Positions 26,533-36,659 of a stretch of 64,000 nucleotides of DNA are shown here, piece after piece. The DNA lies in contig JBDRAN010000056.1 in assembly GCA_043823745.1 (NCBI GenBank), positions 5,144-69,143 on the forward strand, read 5' to 3'. Within the stretch, counting starts at the first letter, position 1, and every line of letters starts with the position of its first letter. A program made the translations under genes and the position numbers. Below the pieces are notes generated by a model that was given only the letters and a program-made list of their open reading frames with translations, searched no databases and was not told where the DNA came from. The DNA is from Candidatus Omnitrophota bacterium (GTDB lineage Bacteria > Omnitrophota > Gorgyraeia > Duberdicusellales > 4484-171).

Positions 26533-28467
26533 CTATAACTCTTGCCTCAACTGCTTCTCTGCGTCCACTACGTCGCGATTGACCCGGCGTAAACAATGTG
26601 TAATTTTCATTTTGAGCGGTTCACTGATGATCTGGGAGGTAAGCATTTCGCGCAACACCTGGATGCTCATACGGAAATTCCGCACGATTTCGCCCTCGTC
26701 AACCCCGCATAGTTTCTCAAGGCGTTCAAAGCCGGCGCCGTCAAACCACGCCCCGGCTGCTTCTGATAGATAGAAATAAAACTTTTTACTTAATGGGAAG
26801 ATACGCATCCTGCGTTCTTCGCGATGGATATCGCCGACAAACTTATTTAAATCCTTTTTAAATCTTTTAGTGGGCTTGGACAACTGTGGTTTTCCCTCGC
26901 CTTTGCGCGGTTCATATACCATGGCGACGATAATAATAAAGAGGGCGCGCGCGTCAAGGCTTTCCCAAAAGCCGTTTTCGAAAAGCTCACCCATCTGCAA
27001 TTCAAAACTATACACTTTTGAGGCAAGATCCGCTTTCCAGGTTATTGAGCCGTCGGCGATATAGCGCAAGCTTTCAAGAAGGGTCATTTTCCGGCCCAGA
27101 AGATGCACCGCTTCTTTTTTCTCCCACGCGGTTGCCTGGTGGAAGTGAAATGAGCGGGGATAAATATCATAAATCTTGTCTCCCATTAGTTTATAGAGAT
27201 TCAATATAGTGGCATAGCGGGAATTGAGCTGGCTGGTGATCGGTTCATACGCGCCGTACATCATATTTTGTAGCGCCGCGATATCGCAGACTTGAGCGCT
27301 TGCCTTGATGATAACGTAACCTTCGGTATCGATGCCGCGCCTGCCCGCGCGGCCGGCCATCTGGTAGAGGTCGCGTACTTTAAGGTAGGCATGTCCGCGG
27401 CCGTAGAATTTGCTGACCGTGTCAAAGACTACGGTCCTTGCCGGCATATTGATACCCAGCGCGAATGTCTCGGTGGTGAAGATAAGCTTGATGAGCCCGC
27501 TTGCAAAAAGTTGTTCGATAATTTCTTTCAGAGTTGGAAGCAGGCCCGCGTGGTGATAGGCAATACCGCGTTTAACCAGTGAAAAGAGGAAGTCGGCGTG
27601 CCCGCTTGAAAGATTAAATTTAGCGGCCAAATCTTCAAAGAGTGCGACGACGCGCGTTCTTTCTTCGCCGGTTAAAAGATCTTGATAGGAAATTTCCTGG
27701 GCCAGTTCTTCGCAGCGCCTGCGCGAAAAAGCAAAATAGAGGCAGGGGATAGCGCTTCGTTTCTTTATGTAGTCGATGAGGGTGCCCATACGGTTATATT
27801 TAATACGGCTATAGACATGATAAGGAAGTTTATGCCGTTCGTCTGTACGCAGGACGTTCCCTTTTTTTAATTCATTAAAGTTCGCGAAGATTTCATTATT
27901 GCACTGGAACATGAAATGAAGCGGCACCGGACGGTTCTTCTCAATAATTACTTTTAAGGGGAAGGCATGCACTTTTTCTAACCAATCGGTAAATTCATTG
28001 ATATTGGGAAGCGTAGCCGAGAGCGCCAGCATTTTCATGGTGGGGGGAAGTAAAATAATCGCTTCTTCCCAGACCGTGCCGCGTTCGATATCATCAAGAT
28101 AATGGATCTCATCGAAGATCACCCATTCGCGATGGGCAAATTCTTCGGGGTTGACCATGATTGCGTTACGAAAAATCTCGGTGGTCATAATTAAAATCGG
28201 TGCGTCGCGATTGATACTGACATCACCGGTGAGGATGCCGGTGCTTTGCGGATATTTGCGGCAGAAGTCGCGGTATTTCTGGTTTGAAAGCGCCTTGATC
28301 GGTGCGGTATAGATAATTCCTTTATTATGGTTGATGCAGTCTTCGATAATGCGTTCGGCAATCAGCGTTTTTCCCGCGCCGGTGGGAGCGCTTACAATGA
28401 CCGAATGTCCGGTCGCCGCGGCGTGAATTGCTTCTTCCTGGAATTTGTCGAGATGAAAATCAGGCAT
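26533..28467 (-). CDS. Ski2/HelY-like DExH-box RNA helicase
   Basis: APTGAGKT, PIKALSNQKY, DEIH, LSAT, HHAGLLP, GINMPART, QMAGRAGRRG. Confidence 0.92.
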   Translation of the reverse strand: MPDFHLDKFQEEAIHAAATGHSVIVSAPTGAGKTLIAERIIEDCINHNKGIIYTAPIKALSNQKYRDFCRKYPQSTGILTGDVSINRDAPILIMTTEIFRNAIMVNPEEFAHREWVIFDEIHYLDDIERGTVWEEAIILLPPTMKMLALSATLPNINEFTDWLEKVHAFPLKVIIEKNRPVPLHFMFQCNNEIFANFNELKKGNVLRTDERHKLPYHVYSRIKYNRMGTLIDYIKKRSAIPCLYFAFSRRRCEELAQEISYQDLLTGEERTRVVALFEDLAAKFNLSSGHADFLFSLVKRGIAYHHAGLLPTLKEIIEQLFASGLIKLIFTTETFALGINMPARTVVFDTVSKFYGRGHAYLKVRDLYQMAGRAGRRGIDTEGYVIIKASAQVCDIAALQNMMYGAYEPITSQLNSRYATILNLYKLMGDKIYDIYPRSFHFHQATAWEKKEAVHLLGRKMTLLESLRYIADGSITWKADLASKVYSFELQMGELFENGFWESLDARALFIIIVAMVYEPRKGEGKPQLSKPTKRFKKDLNKFVGDIHREERRMRIFPLSKKFYFYLSEAAGAWFDGAGFERLEKLCGVDEGEIVRNFRMSIQVLREMLTSQIISEPLKMKITHCLRRVNRDVVDAEKQLRQEL

Positions 28468-28606
28468 GGTTTCGATCGCTTACATAGATTTGGGAGTTGG
28501 CGCAATCAAAAATATTATACCAGAAATTGGTTGTCAGGCGGGCAAAACTTTTATTGTTAGGCCATTATTTGTATTGCATTTTTGCAAGAGGGGCAGAAAG
28601 CCGTGG

Positions 28607-28635
28607 TTGACAAAGAAAATGGGCGATGTTATTAT
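28607..28635 (+). promoter_or_regulatory. Sigma70 promoter of tRNA-Leu
   Basis: TTGACA-17 nt-TATTAT, 11 nt upstream of the tRNA. Confidence 0.7.
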
Positions 28636-28646
28636 CTTTTTACTTT

Positions 28647-28729
28647 GCCGGGGTGTTGGAATGGCAGACAATCCGGTCTCAAAAACCGGTAGGGGCAACC
28701 CTGTGCGGGTTCAAGTCCCGCCCCCGGCA
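28647..28729 (+). tRNA. tRNA-Leu(CAA)
   Basis: GCCGGGG/CCCCGGC-A, CCGGT-CTCAAAA-ACCGG, long variable arm AGGG-GCAA-CCCT, GGTTCAAGTCC. Confidence 0.95.
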
Positions 28730-28805
28730 TTTTTATCGCTTTCAAACACGTCAGAGTCCCGAACAATCAGAGGTTTTTGTCCATCAACTGCCTAAGGATG
28801 CGTAA

Positions 28806-28834
28806 TTGACAATGTAACTTTAAAATGATATAGT
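28806..28834 (+). promoter_or_regulatory. Sigma70-like promoter upstream of the structured spacer and tRNA-Ala
   Basis: TTGACA-17 nt-TATAGT. Confidence 0.55.
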
Positions 28835-29204
28835 TTTCTGTCTTTTTTGGCGCTTTTGGTCTTTGGTTATTGATGTTTTGTTATTGGGGAATACCGTGCT
28901 AACCGGAAAAATGCAATTGAAAAGCCGAAAACTTTATGAATCAAAATAGTGTTCATAGTTATGCTAAACGCATATTGGATTAAAAGAGACAACATTTTTC
29001 CGGCATACCCCGCCGTTTCCCGAAATTTCCCGTTGAAATTTCGGCGGCGGCCCGTGCGCAGCCTACCCGCTAGGGTATTCGGGCAAAAAATGCCTGTCCC
29101 GTTTCCTCTATTTAAGTATTAAGGTTCGGGACGTCCCGCACCTTAATATATTATTCTAGAGTAACGGGACTGAGAAGCGTGCATTTTTTGGGTTAAGCGG
29201 TGTT

Positions 29205-29277
29205 GGGGCCGTAGTACAGTTGGGAGTACGCTTGACTGGCAGTCAAGAGGTCGGGGGTTCAAATCCCCCCGGCTCCA
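29205..29277 (+). tRNA. tRNA-Ala(GGC)
   Basis: GGGGCCG/CGGCTCC-A with G3.U70, CTTGA-CTGGCAG-TCAAG, GGTTCAAATCC. Confidence 0.95.
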
Positions 29278-29598
29278 TTTAATCGATAGGCAGAAATCCT
29301 CGGAGTTTCAATCCGAGGATGAAAGCGTGACGATTACCTCGAGAAATTCCGTAGGAATTTCCGAGACTAAGTCCCTGAAATTGCTGGCAATTTCTAGGGG
29401 TCCCGCGAGGTCGGCAAAATTATCCTGCTCGCAAAGCGAGCGTGAGAATTTTGCCGTATATGGCCGAGTAGGGATTATACAGAGACTCTGGGCTAAAACC
29501 CGGAGAAGTCCATTGAGCTATCAGCTCGCAGTCTTCAGCCATCAGCTTTTAAGCTGTAAGCTGACAGCTGACGACTGACAGCTGAAAGCTTAACTATC

Positions 29599-30453
29599 TT
29601 GCTTATCCTCGGTTGTCAAGTTTCCAGTGCAGGGAAAATCTATGAGGCGGTGGCGAGGGCAAAGAAGCTGGGTTGCAACACCATGCAGATCTTTGTCCGT
29701 AACCCCCGGCAATGGAGAAAGTCTTCGCTCGGCCCCGAAGACATCGCGCTCTTTAAGGAACGCGTTGCCCAAGAGCATATAAACCCCGTTATTGCCCACA
29801 TCCCGTATACGCTTAATCTTGCGTCCATCAAGCAGAGCTTTCATAAAGTAACAATCAGAGAGTTTATACAGGACCTTCTGGAGGCGCATAAGCTGGGTAT
29901 CCAGTTTTTAGTAACACATCCGGGTTCGCATAAGGGCGGCACCGAAGAGGAGGGCCTTGAAAAGATTTCGCAGGGTTTAAAGAAAATCCTTAAAGAAACT
30001 AAAAAAAATGCCTCAACGCAAATTTTGCTTGAGAACACCGCCGGAAGCGGCCGCTGGCTGGGGTATAAGTTTTCGCAACTACGCGTCATCTTTGAAGCGC
30101 TTAAATGGTCAGAGCGTCTGGGCTTATGTCTTGATACCGCGCATGCCTGGGCCGCCGGCTATAAAATAGATGAACGAGAGGGCGTTGAGGCGCTTGTTGC
30201 TGAAATCGACCGGGAAGTGGGACTTGACCGGCTTAAGGTGATTCATGTTAACGATACCAAGGATAAGCTTGATTCTCGCAGGGACCGTCATGCTGATATC
30301 GGCGCGGGGCAGATCGGTAAAAAAGGATTTTATTATATCGTCAATCACGCCAAACTCTCTCACGTTGCCTTTATTTTAGAAACACCGAAAGATAGCGACG
30401 AAGATGATATTCGTAATCTTGGTGTAATACGTAAATTGTATAGTGGCGGTTAA
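29599..30453 (+). CDS. nfo: Endonuclease IV
   Basis: QIFVRNPR, HIPY.LNL, HPGS, LLENTAG, CLDTAH, HVND.K..DRH, ILETP. Confidence 0.93.
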   Translation: MLILGCQVSSAGKIYEAVARAKKLGCNTMQIFVRNPRQWRKSSLGPEDIALFKERVAQEHINPVIAHIPYTLNLASIKQSFHKVTIREFIQDLLEAHKLGIQFLVTHPGSHKGGTEEEGLEKISQGLKKILKETKKNASTQILLENTAGSGRWLGYKFSQLRVIFEALKWSERLGLCLDTAHAWAAGYKIDEREGVEALVAEIDREVGLDRLKVIHVNDTKDKLDSRRDRHADIGAGQIGKKGFYYIVNHAKLSHVAFILETPKDSDEDDIRNLGVIRKLYSGG

Positions 30454-30522
30454 AGAGCTTATCGATCAGGACCGTATTAGCGGTAATTCGCGTTTTTAAT
30501 TCGCGGTAATTAGCGTAAATCA

Positions 30523-32976
30523 ATGGAATACAACAAAACAATCGACAAAAAGTGGCAGGACTTCTGGGAACGCGAGCGCATCTTCAACACCGATGCGGCT
30601 ACTGCGCGCAATAAATATTATTGCCTGGTAATGTTTCCCTATCCGTCCGCAGCCTTGCATGTGGGCCATGCCCGCAACTACATTATTGGTGACGCGGTTA
30701 GCCGCTACAAGCGTATGAAAGGCTTTGACGTGCTTGCGCCCATGGGTTTTGACGCCTTCGGTCTTCCCGCGGAGAATGCCGCAATTAAAAGCGGGATCCA
30801 TCCCAAAACTTCAACGTTAAATAATATCGTTACCATGAAGAATCAACTTGCCTCCTGGGGTATTGGCTATGACTGGGAGCGCGAGGTCATTTCCTGTCTT
30901 CCCGAATATTACCAATGGACACAGTGGATCTTTTTAAAGCTCTACGAAAAGGGCCTTGCCTATAAAAAGAAAGCCGCCGTCAACTGGTGTTCTTCCTGCA
31001 TGACCGTACTTGCCAATGAGCAGGTGGTAAATGGCTCTTGCGAGCGCTGTGATACCAACGTTGTTGAGCGCGACCTTTCCCAGTGGTTTTTTAAGATCAC
31101 CGATTACGCGCACGTCTTGCTTGATGATATCAAGCTTCTGACTCGCTGGCCCGAGCGCGTTAAAACTATGCAGACGAATTGGATCGGTAGAAGCACCGGT
31201 GTGAACATTAATTTTAAGGTCGAGGGCAGTTCAAGCATACTTACTTGTTTCACCACGCGCGTTGATACTATTTTTGGCGTTACCTACATGGTGCTTGCTC
31301 CGGAGCATCCGGCAATTCCCGATTTAATTAAAGATAATTCTGATCGCGAAAAGATTTTAGCATGTATCGAAGCTGCCCGCGTGCAGGATAAAGCCGAGCG
31401 TTCCTCAGCCCAGGCTGCCAAGAACGGTATTTTTACCGGCCACTACGTAATAAATCCCGTAAATGGCGAGCGTGTTCCCTTATGGATCGCCAATTACGTT
31501 TTAATGGAGTACGGCACCGGCGCAGTTATGGCAGTGCCCGCTCACGATGAGCGCGATTTTCAGTTTGCCAAAAAATATAATCTTGGCCTAAAGGTCGTCA
31601 TTGATAATCCCAAACAACCGCTTCATGCCGCTTCAATGAGCGCTGCCTACGTTGATAGCGGTGTTATGGTAAACTCTAACCAATTTAACGGCATGACGAA
31701 TGGTGCAGCTATGGAGAAAATTGCCGACTGGATGGAAACAAAAAAAATCGGCGCTCGCTCGGTGCATTTTCGCCTGCGTGATTGGTTGATTTCCCGGCAG
31801 CGTTACTGGGGCGCGCCTATCCCGATTGTTTATTGTAAATCCTGCGGAGAGGTTCCGGTTCCTGAAAAAGATTTACCGGTCCTGCTGCCTGAGAACGTTG
31901 CTTTTAAGCCTACCGGCCGCTCTCCGCTTAATGATAGTCAGGATTTTCTTAATACCGCGTGTCCCCGTTGTGCCGGCGCTGCTACGCGCGAGACCGATAC
32001 CATGGATACGTTTGTTGATTCAAGTTGGTATTTTCTGCGCTATATTTCTCCTCACGATGCGCATCAGCCTTTTGAAAAGAGCCTGGTGAACAAATGGCTT
32101 CCGGTTGACCAATATATCGGAGGAGTAGAGCATGCGATTCTGCATCTTTTATATTCACGTTTTATCACCAAAGTTATCCATGATTTAAGGTACGTTGATT
32201 TTAAAGAGCCTTTTAGCGCGCTCTTTACCCAAGGCATGATTGTTAAATCCGGCGCCAAGATGTCCAAGTCAAAGGGTAACACCGTGGCACCCGACTATAT
32301 TATCGAGAAATACGGCGCTGACGTGATGCGGCTCTATATTCTTTTTATGGGCCCGCCGGAGAAAGATGCGGAGTGGCAGGACGAAGGCCTGCAGGGCGCC
32401 TGGCGCTTTATCCAGAGGGCGCTGCGCTGTGTGGATATGGTGCGCGATTATCGCGATATGCCTGCGGAGGGAGAGTTTAATAATTACGAAAAAGATTTAG
32501 TGCGTAAGATCCATTCAACGATTAAAGATGTAACCGAAGACCTTGAAGGCGCGTTTCAGTTTAACACTGCTATCTCGCGCATCATGGAGCTGGTTAATCA
32601 GATCTATAAAAGCATCAATGAAGGAACGTTACGCAAAGAGATCTTTAAAGAAGCAGTGGAAACGGTTTTTTTGCTTCTTTCTCCGTTTACTCCGCATATC
32701 TGTGAAGAGGTCAATGAAGCCCTGGGAAATCGCGGTTCGATCTTGCGTCGGTCCTGGCCAAGCTTTAAAGAAGAGCTTTTAAAAACAGAGGAAGTCGAAA
32801 TCGCCATCATGGTAAACGGTAAAGTGCGCGAGAAACTTATGATCAATGTCAGCTGGGGTAAAGACGAGATCGAGAACAAAGCGCTTAAGCTCGATAAGGT
32901 AAAAAACTTCCTTGGTGCTACTGTGCCCAAAAAGATCATCTACGTAGAAAAACGCATGCTTAATATAGTGGCATAA
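30523..32976 (+). CDS. leuS: Leucine--tRNA ligase
   Basis: MFPYPS..LHVGH, DWLISRQRYWG, GGVEHAILHLLYSRF, KMSKS. Confidence 0.97.
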   Translation: MEYNKTIDKKWQDFWERERIFNTDAATARNKYYCLVMFPYPSAALHVGHARNYIIGDAVSRYKRMKGFDVLAPMGFDAFGLPAENAAIKSGIHPKTSTLNNIVTMKNQLASWGIGYDWEREVISCLPEYYQWTQWIFLKLYEKGLAYKKKAAVNWCSSCMTVLANEQVVNGSCERCDTNVVERDLSQWFFKITDYAHVLLDDIKLLTRWPERVKTMQTNWIGRSTGVNINFKVEGSSSILTCFTTRVDTIFGVTYMVLAPEHPAIPDLIKDNSDREKILACIEAARVQDKAERSSAQAAKNGIFTGHYVINPVNGERVPLWIANYVLMEYGTGAVMAVPAHDERDFQFAKKYNLGLKVVIDNPKQPLHAASMSAAYVDSGVMVNSNQFNGMTNGAAMEKIADWMETKKIGARSVHFRLRDWLISRQRYWGAPIPIVYCKSCGEVPVPEKDLPVLLPENVAFKPTGRSPLNDSQDFLNTACPRCAGAATRETDTMDTFVDSSWYFLRYISPHDAHQPFEKSLVNKWLPVDQYIGGVEHAILHLLYSRFITKVIHDLRYVDFKEPFSALFTQGMIVKSGAKMSKSKGNTVAPDYIIEKYGADVMRLYILFMGPPEKDAEWQDEGLQGAWRFIQRALRCVDMVRDYRDMPAEGEFNNYEKDLVRKIHSTIKDVTEDLEGAFQFNTAISRIMELVNQIYKSINEGTLRKEIFKEAVETVFLLLSPFTPHICEEVNEALGNRGSILRRSWPSFKEELLKTEEVEIAIMVNGKVREKLMINVSWGKDEIENKALKLDKVKNFLGATVPKKIIYVEKRMLNIVA

Positions 32977-33020
32977 GTTCAATGGCACCCCTTGCTCAAT
33001 ACGTTTTACTAATCACTTAT

Positions 33021-33215
33021 ATGCCAGAATACATTTGCCCTCATTGTAAAAATCCTATTTATGACGACGAGGCTACGTTGTGTCTTTATTGTGGTGAGAG
33101 TCTGGATCGGGCCATCGGCTTTATGGGAAGGATAAAGTACTCGAGGCCAAAAGTAATCGCTATCACCGTTACGCTCGCGGCGATATTGAGTTTTCTTCTG
33201 TTTGTGCTGAGGTGA
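33021..33215 (+). CDS. Small zinc-ribbon membrane protein
   Basis: CPHC..CLYC and a C-terminal TM helix. Confidence 0.65.
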   Translation: MPEYICPHCKNPIYDDEATLCLYCGESLDRAIGFMGRIKYSRPKVIAITVTLAAILSFLLFVLR

Positions 33216-33467
33216 TTTTTTCATAAGTTTGCCTTGGTAATTCCTGTGATATTTTAAGTCTTTCTTACTGGTGGAGGTGTGGTATAATCAATATGTAACG
33301 ATGCAGTAATCGTTTTTTAGGGTCCCTTATATGTGTTCAAACGGGTAATAAGGTATTTCAAAAAAGAGACGGAGGTGCTTTATAGGTAATGTAGGGTAAT
33401 GGTCACAGGGGTTCGTGTTAAAAGTTTCAGGTACGAGTAGGTGTAGCGAGAAAAATGGAGGTTTACA

Positions 33468-33674
33468 ATGCACACAGGAAAAATTAAAAAATTGGTTCTC
33501 GATAAAGGGTTTGGTTTTATAGCCGACGCTGACGGCACCGATGTGTTTTTTCACAAGAGCAATCTTGTGGAGATTACGTTTGAAACCTTGACCGGCGGGG
33601 AAGAAGTTACTTTTGAAGTTGAAAAAGGCCCCAAAGGGGCACGCGCGATTAACGTGACCCTTGTGAATAAATAG
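33468..33674 (+). CDS. Cold-shock protein
   Basis: KGFGFI (RNP1), DVFFH (RNP2), GPKGARAINV. Confidence 0.93.
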   Translation: MHTGKIKKLVLDKGFGFIADADGTDVFFHKSNLVEITFETLTGGEEVTFEVEKGPKGARAINVTLVNK

Positions 33675-33687
33675 GTAGATTCGATCT

Positions 33688-33729
33688 TAAAATGTGTCCC
33701 TGCGCGTTTTTGCGTCGGGACACATTTTA
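33688..33729 (+). terminator. Hairpin terminator after the csp gene
   Basis: TAAAATGTGTCCC...GGGACACATTTTA inverted repeat. Confidence 0.7.
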
Positions 33730-34494
33730 GGTATAATCCAACTGTGTCCGACAGAAGAGCGCCTCAGTATTCTTCGCTAACGTAAAATATCTGCTCTCTT
33801 AATGGAAAAGCAGTATAGAATAAACCAACTGGAAATATTTTCTGAAAGGGGATCGTGACAATCTTGTTAACTATGCTTCCGGGCGCCTATCACCAAATGA
33901 GATAACGAAGATGTCCGGCTGTCCGTATACTGGAAAAATATTCTGCCCATCAGAAAATTTTTCCAGAACAGCTCGGACACGCCAGCTTCGCTGTCAGATT
34001 TTTCGGGAGCGTCTCGGCCAATAGGCTTTGCTGATTCCGCGTGAAAATTTTTAACAAAATTTTCACGCTATACAGGAATCGCGAAGGATTAATTCGGCAA
34101 CGCACTTTTGGTCTTTGAAAGTAAAATATTTTAGTCATTGCTCCGACTCACAAAGATGTTGTGAAATTCTCTTTGATAATTTCACAACGTTCGTCGGGGT
34201 TAATCCCCTACGGGGACAATTCAGCTAAGCCTTTTTATAAAGAAGCAAAAAGGCAAGCTTCATTGTTCGCACTATAATTTTTGATGCGTCTTGGAGACTT
34301 GTAAAAGTAGGGGTTTCATTGTCCCTTGCGCCTACATACCGGTTACATTTCCCTGAAATGTAACCGGAGCGCCTCGGGATTAATTCTCCCCATTTTGCAC
34401 CCGATAGGTTTCTTTCGCAATTTCCTCACCGCAGGGCGGCAAGGAAATTGTGAAAATATCAATGGAGGCAAAATGGGGATCATTAAGGAGTCAA

Positions 34495-35133
34495 ATGGAA
34501 AAACAGTCACCGATTGGGCCGGATATTGCGGGGTTAATTACTAAACTACAAGAGCAGATCACTTCGTTGGAAAGGAAGGTTGATGTTTTGATCAACCGTT
34601 CTTTATCAAAACCGGCTGAAAGTAAACCTGCCCCTCAGTCTTTTTCTAAGCCTCTTCCTCAGCCGGGAAATACGTTCGCTCAAGCCGTAGGACGGCACGA
34701 TAATCGTTTTCAGCCGCACACTCGGCCGGATAATCGCTTTCAGTCTCAGGCAGGAATAAGGCAGGACAATTACTTTCTGAATGGAAACAGGCAGGATAAT
34801 CGTTTTCAGACCGGTAGTCATGACAATCGTCAGAGAGAACGCATTCTGCATAAGGCTATTTGCGCCGAGTGTAAGAAAGAATGCGAAGTTCCTTTCAGGC
34901 CTATTGAGGGGCGTCCGATATACTGCCAGGGCTGCTTTGCGCGCCGTAAAGCCATAACCTCGTTTAAACCAAACTTTGACAAAAGGCCGCAGGAATTAAT
35001 TCCTGCTCGGACAACCCTTGTTGGTGTACCTTATGCCGGTAAATCGCAGACGAGTGAAAAGAAAAAGAGTGACACAAATAAAAAGCCTGCCGGAAAGAAA
35101 AAGACGGTTACCAAAAAGAAATTGAGAAAATAG
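34495..35133 (+). CDS. CxxC-x17-CxxC zinc-ribbon protein with DNRFQ repeats and Lys-rich tail
   Basis: KAICAECKKECEVPFRP..GRPIYCQGCF; SD AAGGAG. Confidence 0.8.
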   Translation: MEKQSPIGPDIAGLITKLQEQITSLERKVDVLINRSLSKPAESKPAPQSFSKPLPQPGNTFAQAVGRHDNRFQPHTRPDNRFQSQAGIRQDNYFLNGNRQDNRFQTGSHDNRQRERILHKAICAECKKECEVPFRPIEGRPIYCQGCFARRKAITSFKPNFDKRPQELIPARTTLVGVPYAGKSQTSEKKKSDTNKKPAGKKKTVTKKKLRK

Positions 35134-35380
35134 GATGATGGGCGACCGAAGGATTTGATCTTCACGTTCCGTGGGAATGCTGCATTGGGCCGTATTACGT
35201 GTAGATTAATAAGCTACAAATCCCGGGAAAACAGCGCATGCCGGTTTTTAGCATTGGAGTGATGTAAGGAGGAGGCGACAATGGCAGATATGAGCAATAA
35301 ACCGGAATTTGAACACACAATAGAAGCAGAATAAAACTCAAAACGGGCAAGAGAGAATATTTTATCCCATCCGATATAGA

Positions 35381-36064
35381 ATGAAGAGTGTTTGTTTAAT
35401 AATTTCAATTCTCATGATCCCTTTCATCTGCTTTGCAGAAGAGCCTGCTATCGTCGATGTTGCCGCTCCCCGAATAATAAACAATAACGCGTATATTCTT
35501 TATGTTCCAGGCGGCATGAAAGCTGACCACAGGTATCCTTTGGTGGTGGCGCTTTCTCCAAATGCGCATGCTGAGTCTATGCTGGGAGCTTGGAAAGACG
35601 TATCGGAAAGATATAAGTGGATTATTCTTGCTTCACGGGAACATAAAAACGGAATGGATTTCAAGGTTATCGGTAGCGCTCTCTCAAGTACCATCAGGGC
35701 GGTGGTCGCGCGCTATCCTGTGGATGAGAAAAAGATCATCGCGACAGGTTTTTCCGGCGGAGGAATGTCAGCTCATTATCTTTCCATGGCATATCCAAAT
35801 TTGATATCGGCGGTCGTTGTTAATACCGCAATGATCAATGAATACTATTTCGGCGGTAAGCATTATGGTTATCCGAGGAACAAAATTGCAGTTTTTTTAG
35901 CCAGCCCAACTGATTTTCGGTACGAACAGATGAAGCTTGATCGTAATTTCCTGGAGCGCATTGGCTGGAAAACCAGATGGATTGAGTTTGAAGGAGGCCA
36001 CGCCATAGCGCCTGCTAAAGCTTATCAGGAAGCCGCGGTGTGGCTTATCGAGGAATTACATTAA
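35381..36064 (+). CDS. Secreted alpha/beta hydrolase (esterase-like)
   Basis: Signal peptide, YPLVVAL, GFSGGG nucleophile elbow, FEGGH. Confidence 0.8.
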   Translation: MKSVCLIISILMIPFICFAEEPAIVDVAAPRIINNNAYILYVPGGMKADHRYPLVVALSPNAHAESMLGAWKDVSERYKWIILASREHKNGMDFKVIGSALSSTIRAVVARYPVDEKKIIATGFSGGGMSAHYLSMAYPNLISAVVVNTAMINEYYFGGKHYGYPRNKIAVFLASPTDFRYEQMKLDRNFLERIGWKTRWIEFEGGHAIAPAKAYQEAAVWLIEELH

Positions 36065-36122
36065 AGAATTCAGGTCTGATTTCAATTGATCGTGTTCTCG
36101 AGATCTGCACGAGGAGGTAGAG

Positions 36123-36566
36123 ATGAATGAAAAGACGCTTCGTATCGTTAGTTTTGCACTATTGGCCGACACTCTGGTCTATGGTGCTGTGGTTTTTTTA
36201 TTGCACAAAAATAATATACAACATTCTATGCACGGTACATCGCAATGGTATTTTGTGCTGGTGCCGGCTTTGGTAATCCTTTTTGGAGCGGGTAGTTTTA
36301 AAAAAATATTCTGGGATCTTCAGAAAAAGCAGGCAGCAATCGGGTCGCAGGAGATATTCTTTCGGAAAATTTATATCGTAACGATTATTACCTTAGGGAT
36401 GGTTGATTCCCTGGGCATTCTTGGCCTCATTATTTTTATCCTTACCGGGGCGATGAATTTACCCGTTCTTCTGCTCGTTCTTTCTTTCGCGGGAAAACTC
36501 ATTAATTTTCCTACAGGAGAATATATTAATAACAAAAAGCGTGAGCTTAATCTTCCCCCGCATTGA
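36123..36566 (+). CDS. Four-TM hypothetical membrane protein
   Basis: SD AGGAGGT and four hydrophobic segments. Confidence 0.7.
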   Translation: MNEKTLRIVSFALLADTLVYGAVVFLLHKNNIQHSMHGTSQWYFVLVPALVILFGAGSFKKIFWDLQKKQAAIGSQEIFFRKIYIVTIITLGMVDSLGILGLIIFILTGAMNLPVLLLVLSFAGKLINFPTGEYINNKKRELNLPPH

Positions 36567-36659
36567 TTTTTTGAAAAAGCTAGAATTTTAGATTTCAATG
36601 TGAAATGTTTTGATTCGTGGTAATTCGCGTCCCCATAAATCGTGTAAATTCGTGCTGTC

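Noticed and set aside
35281-35334. 17-codon ORF MADMSNKPEFEHTIEAE with a strong SD
   Set aside because: It is too short to assign. It may be a gene remnant or leader peptide, but there is no supporting motif.
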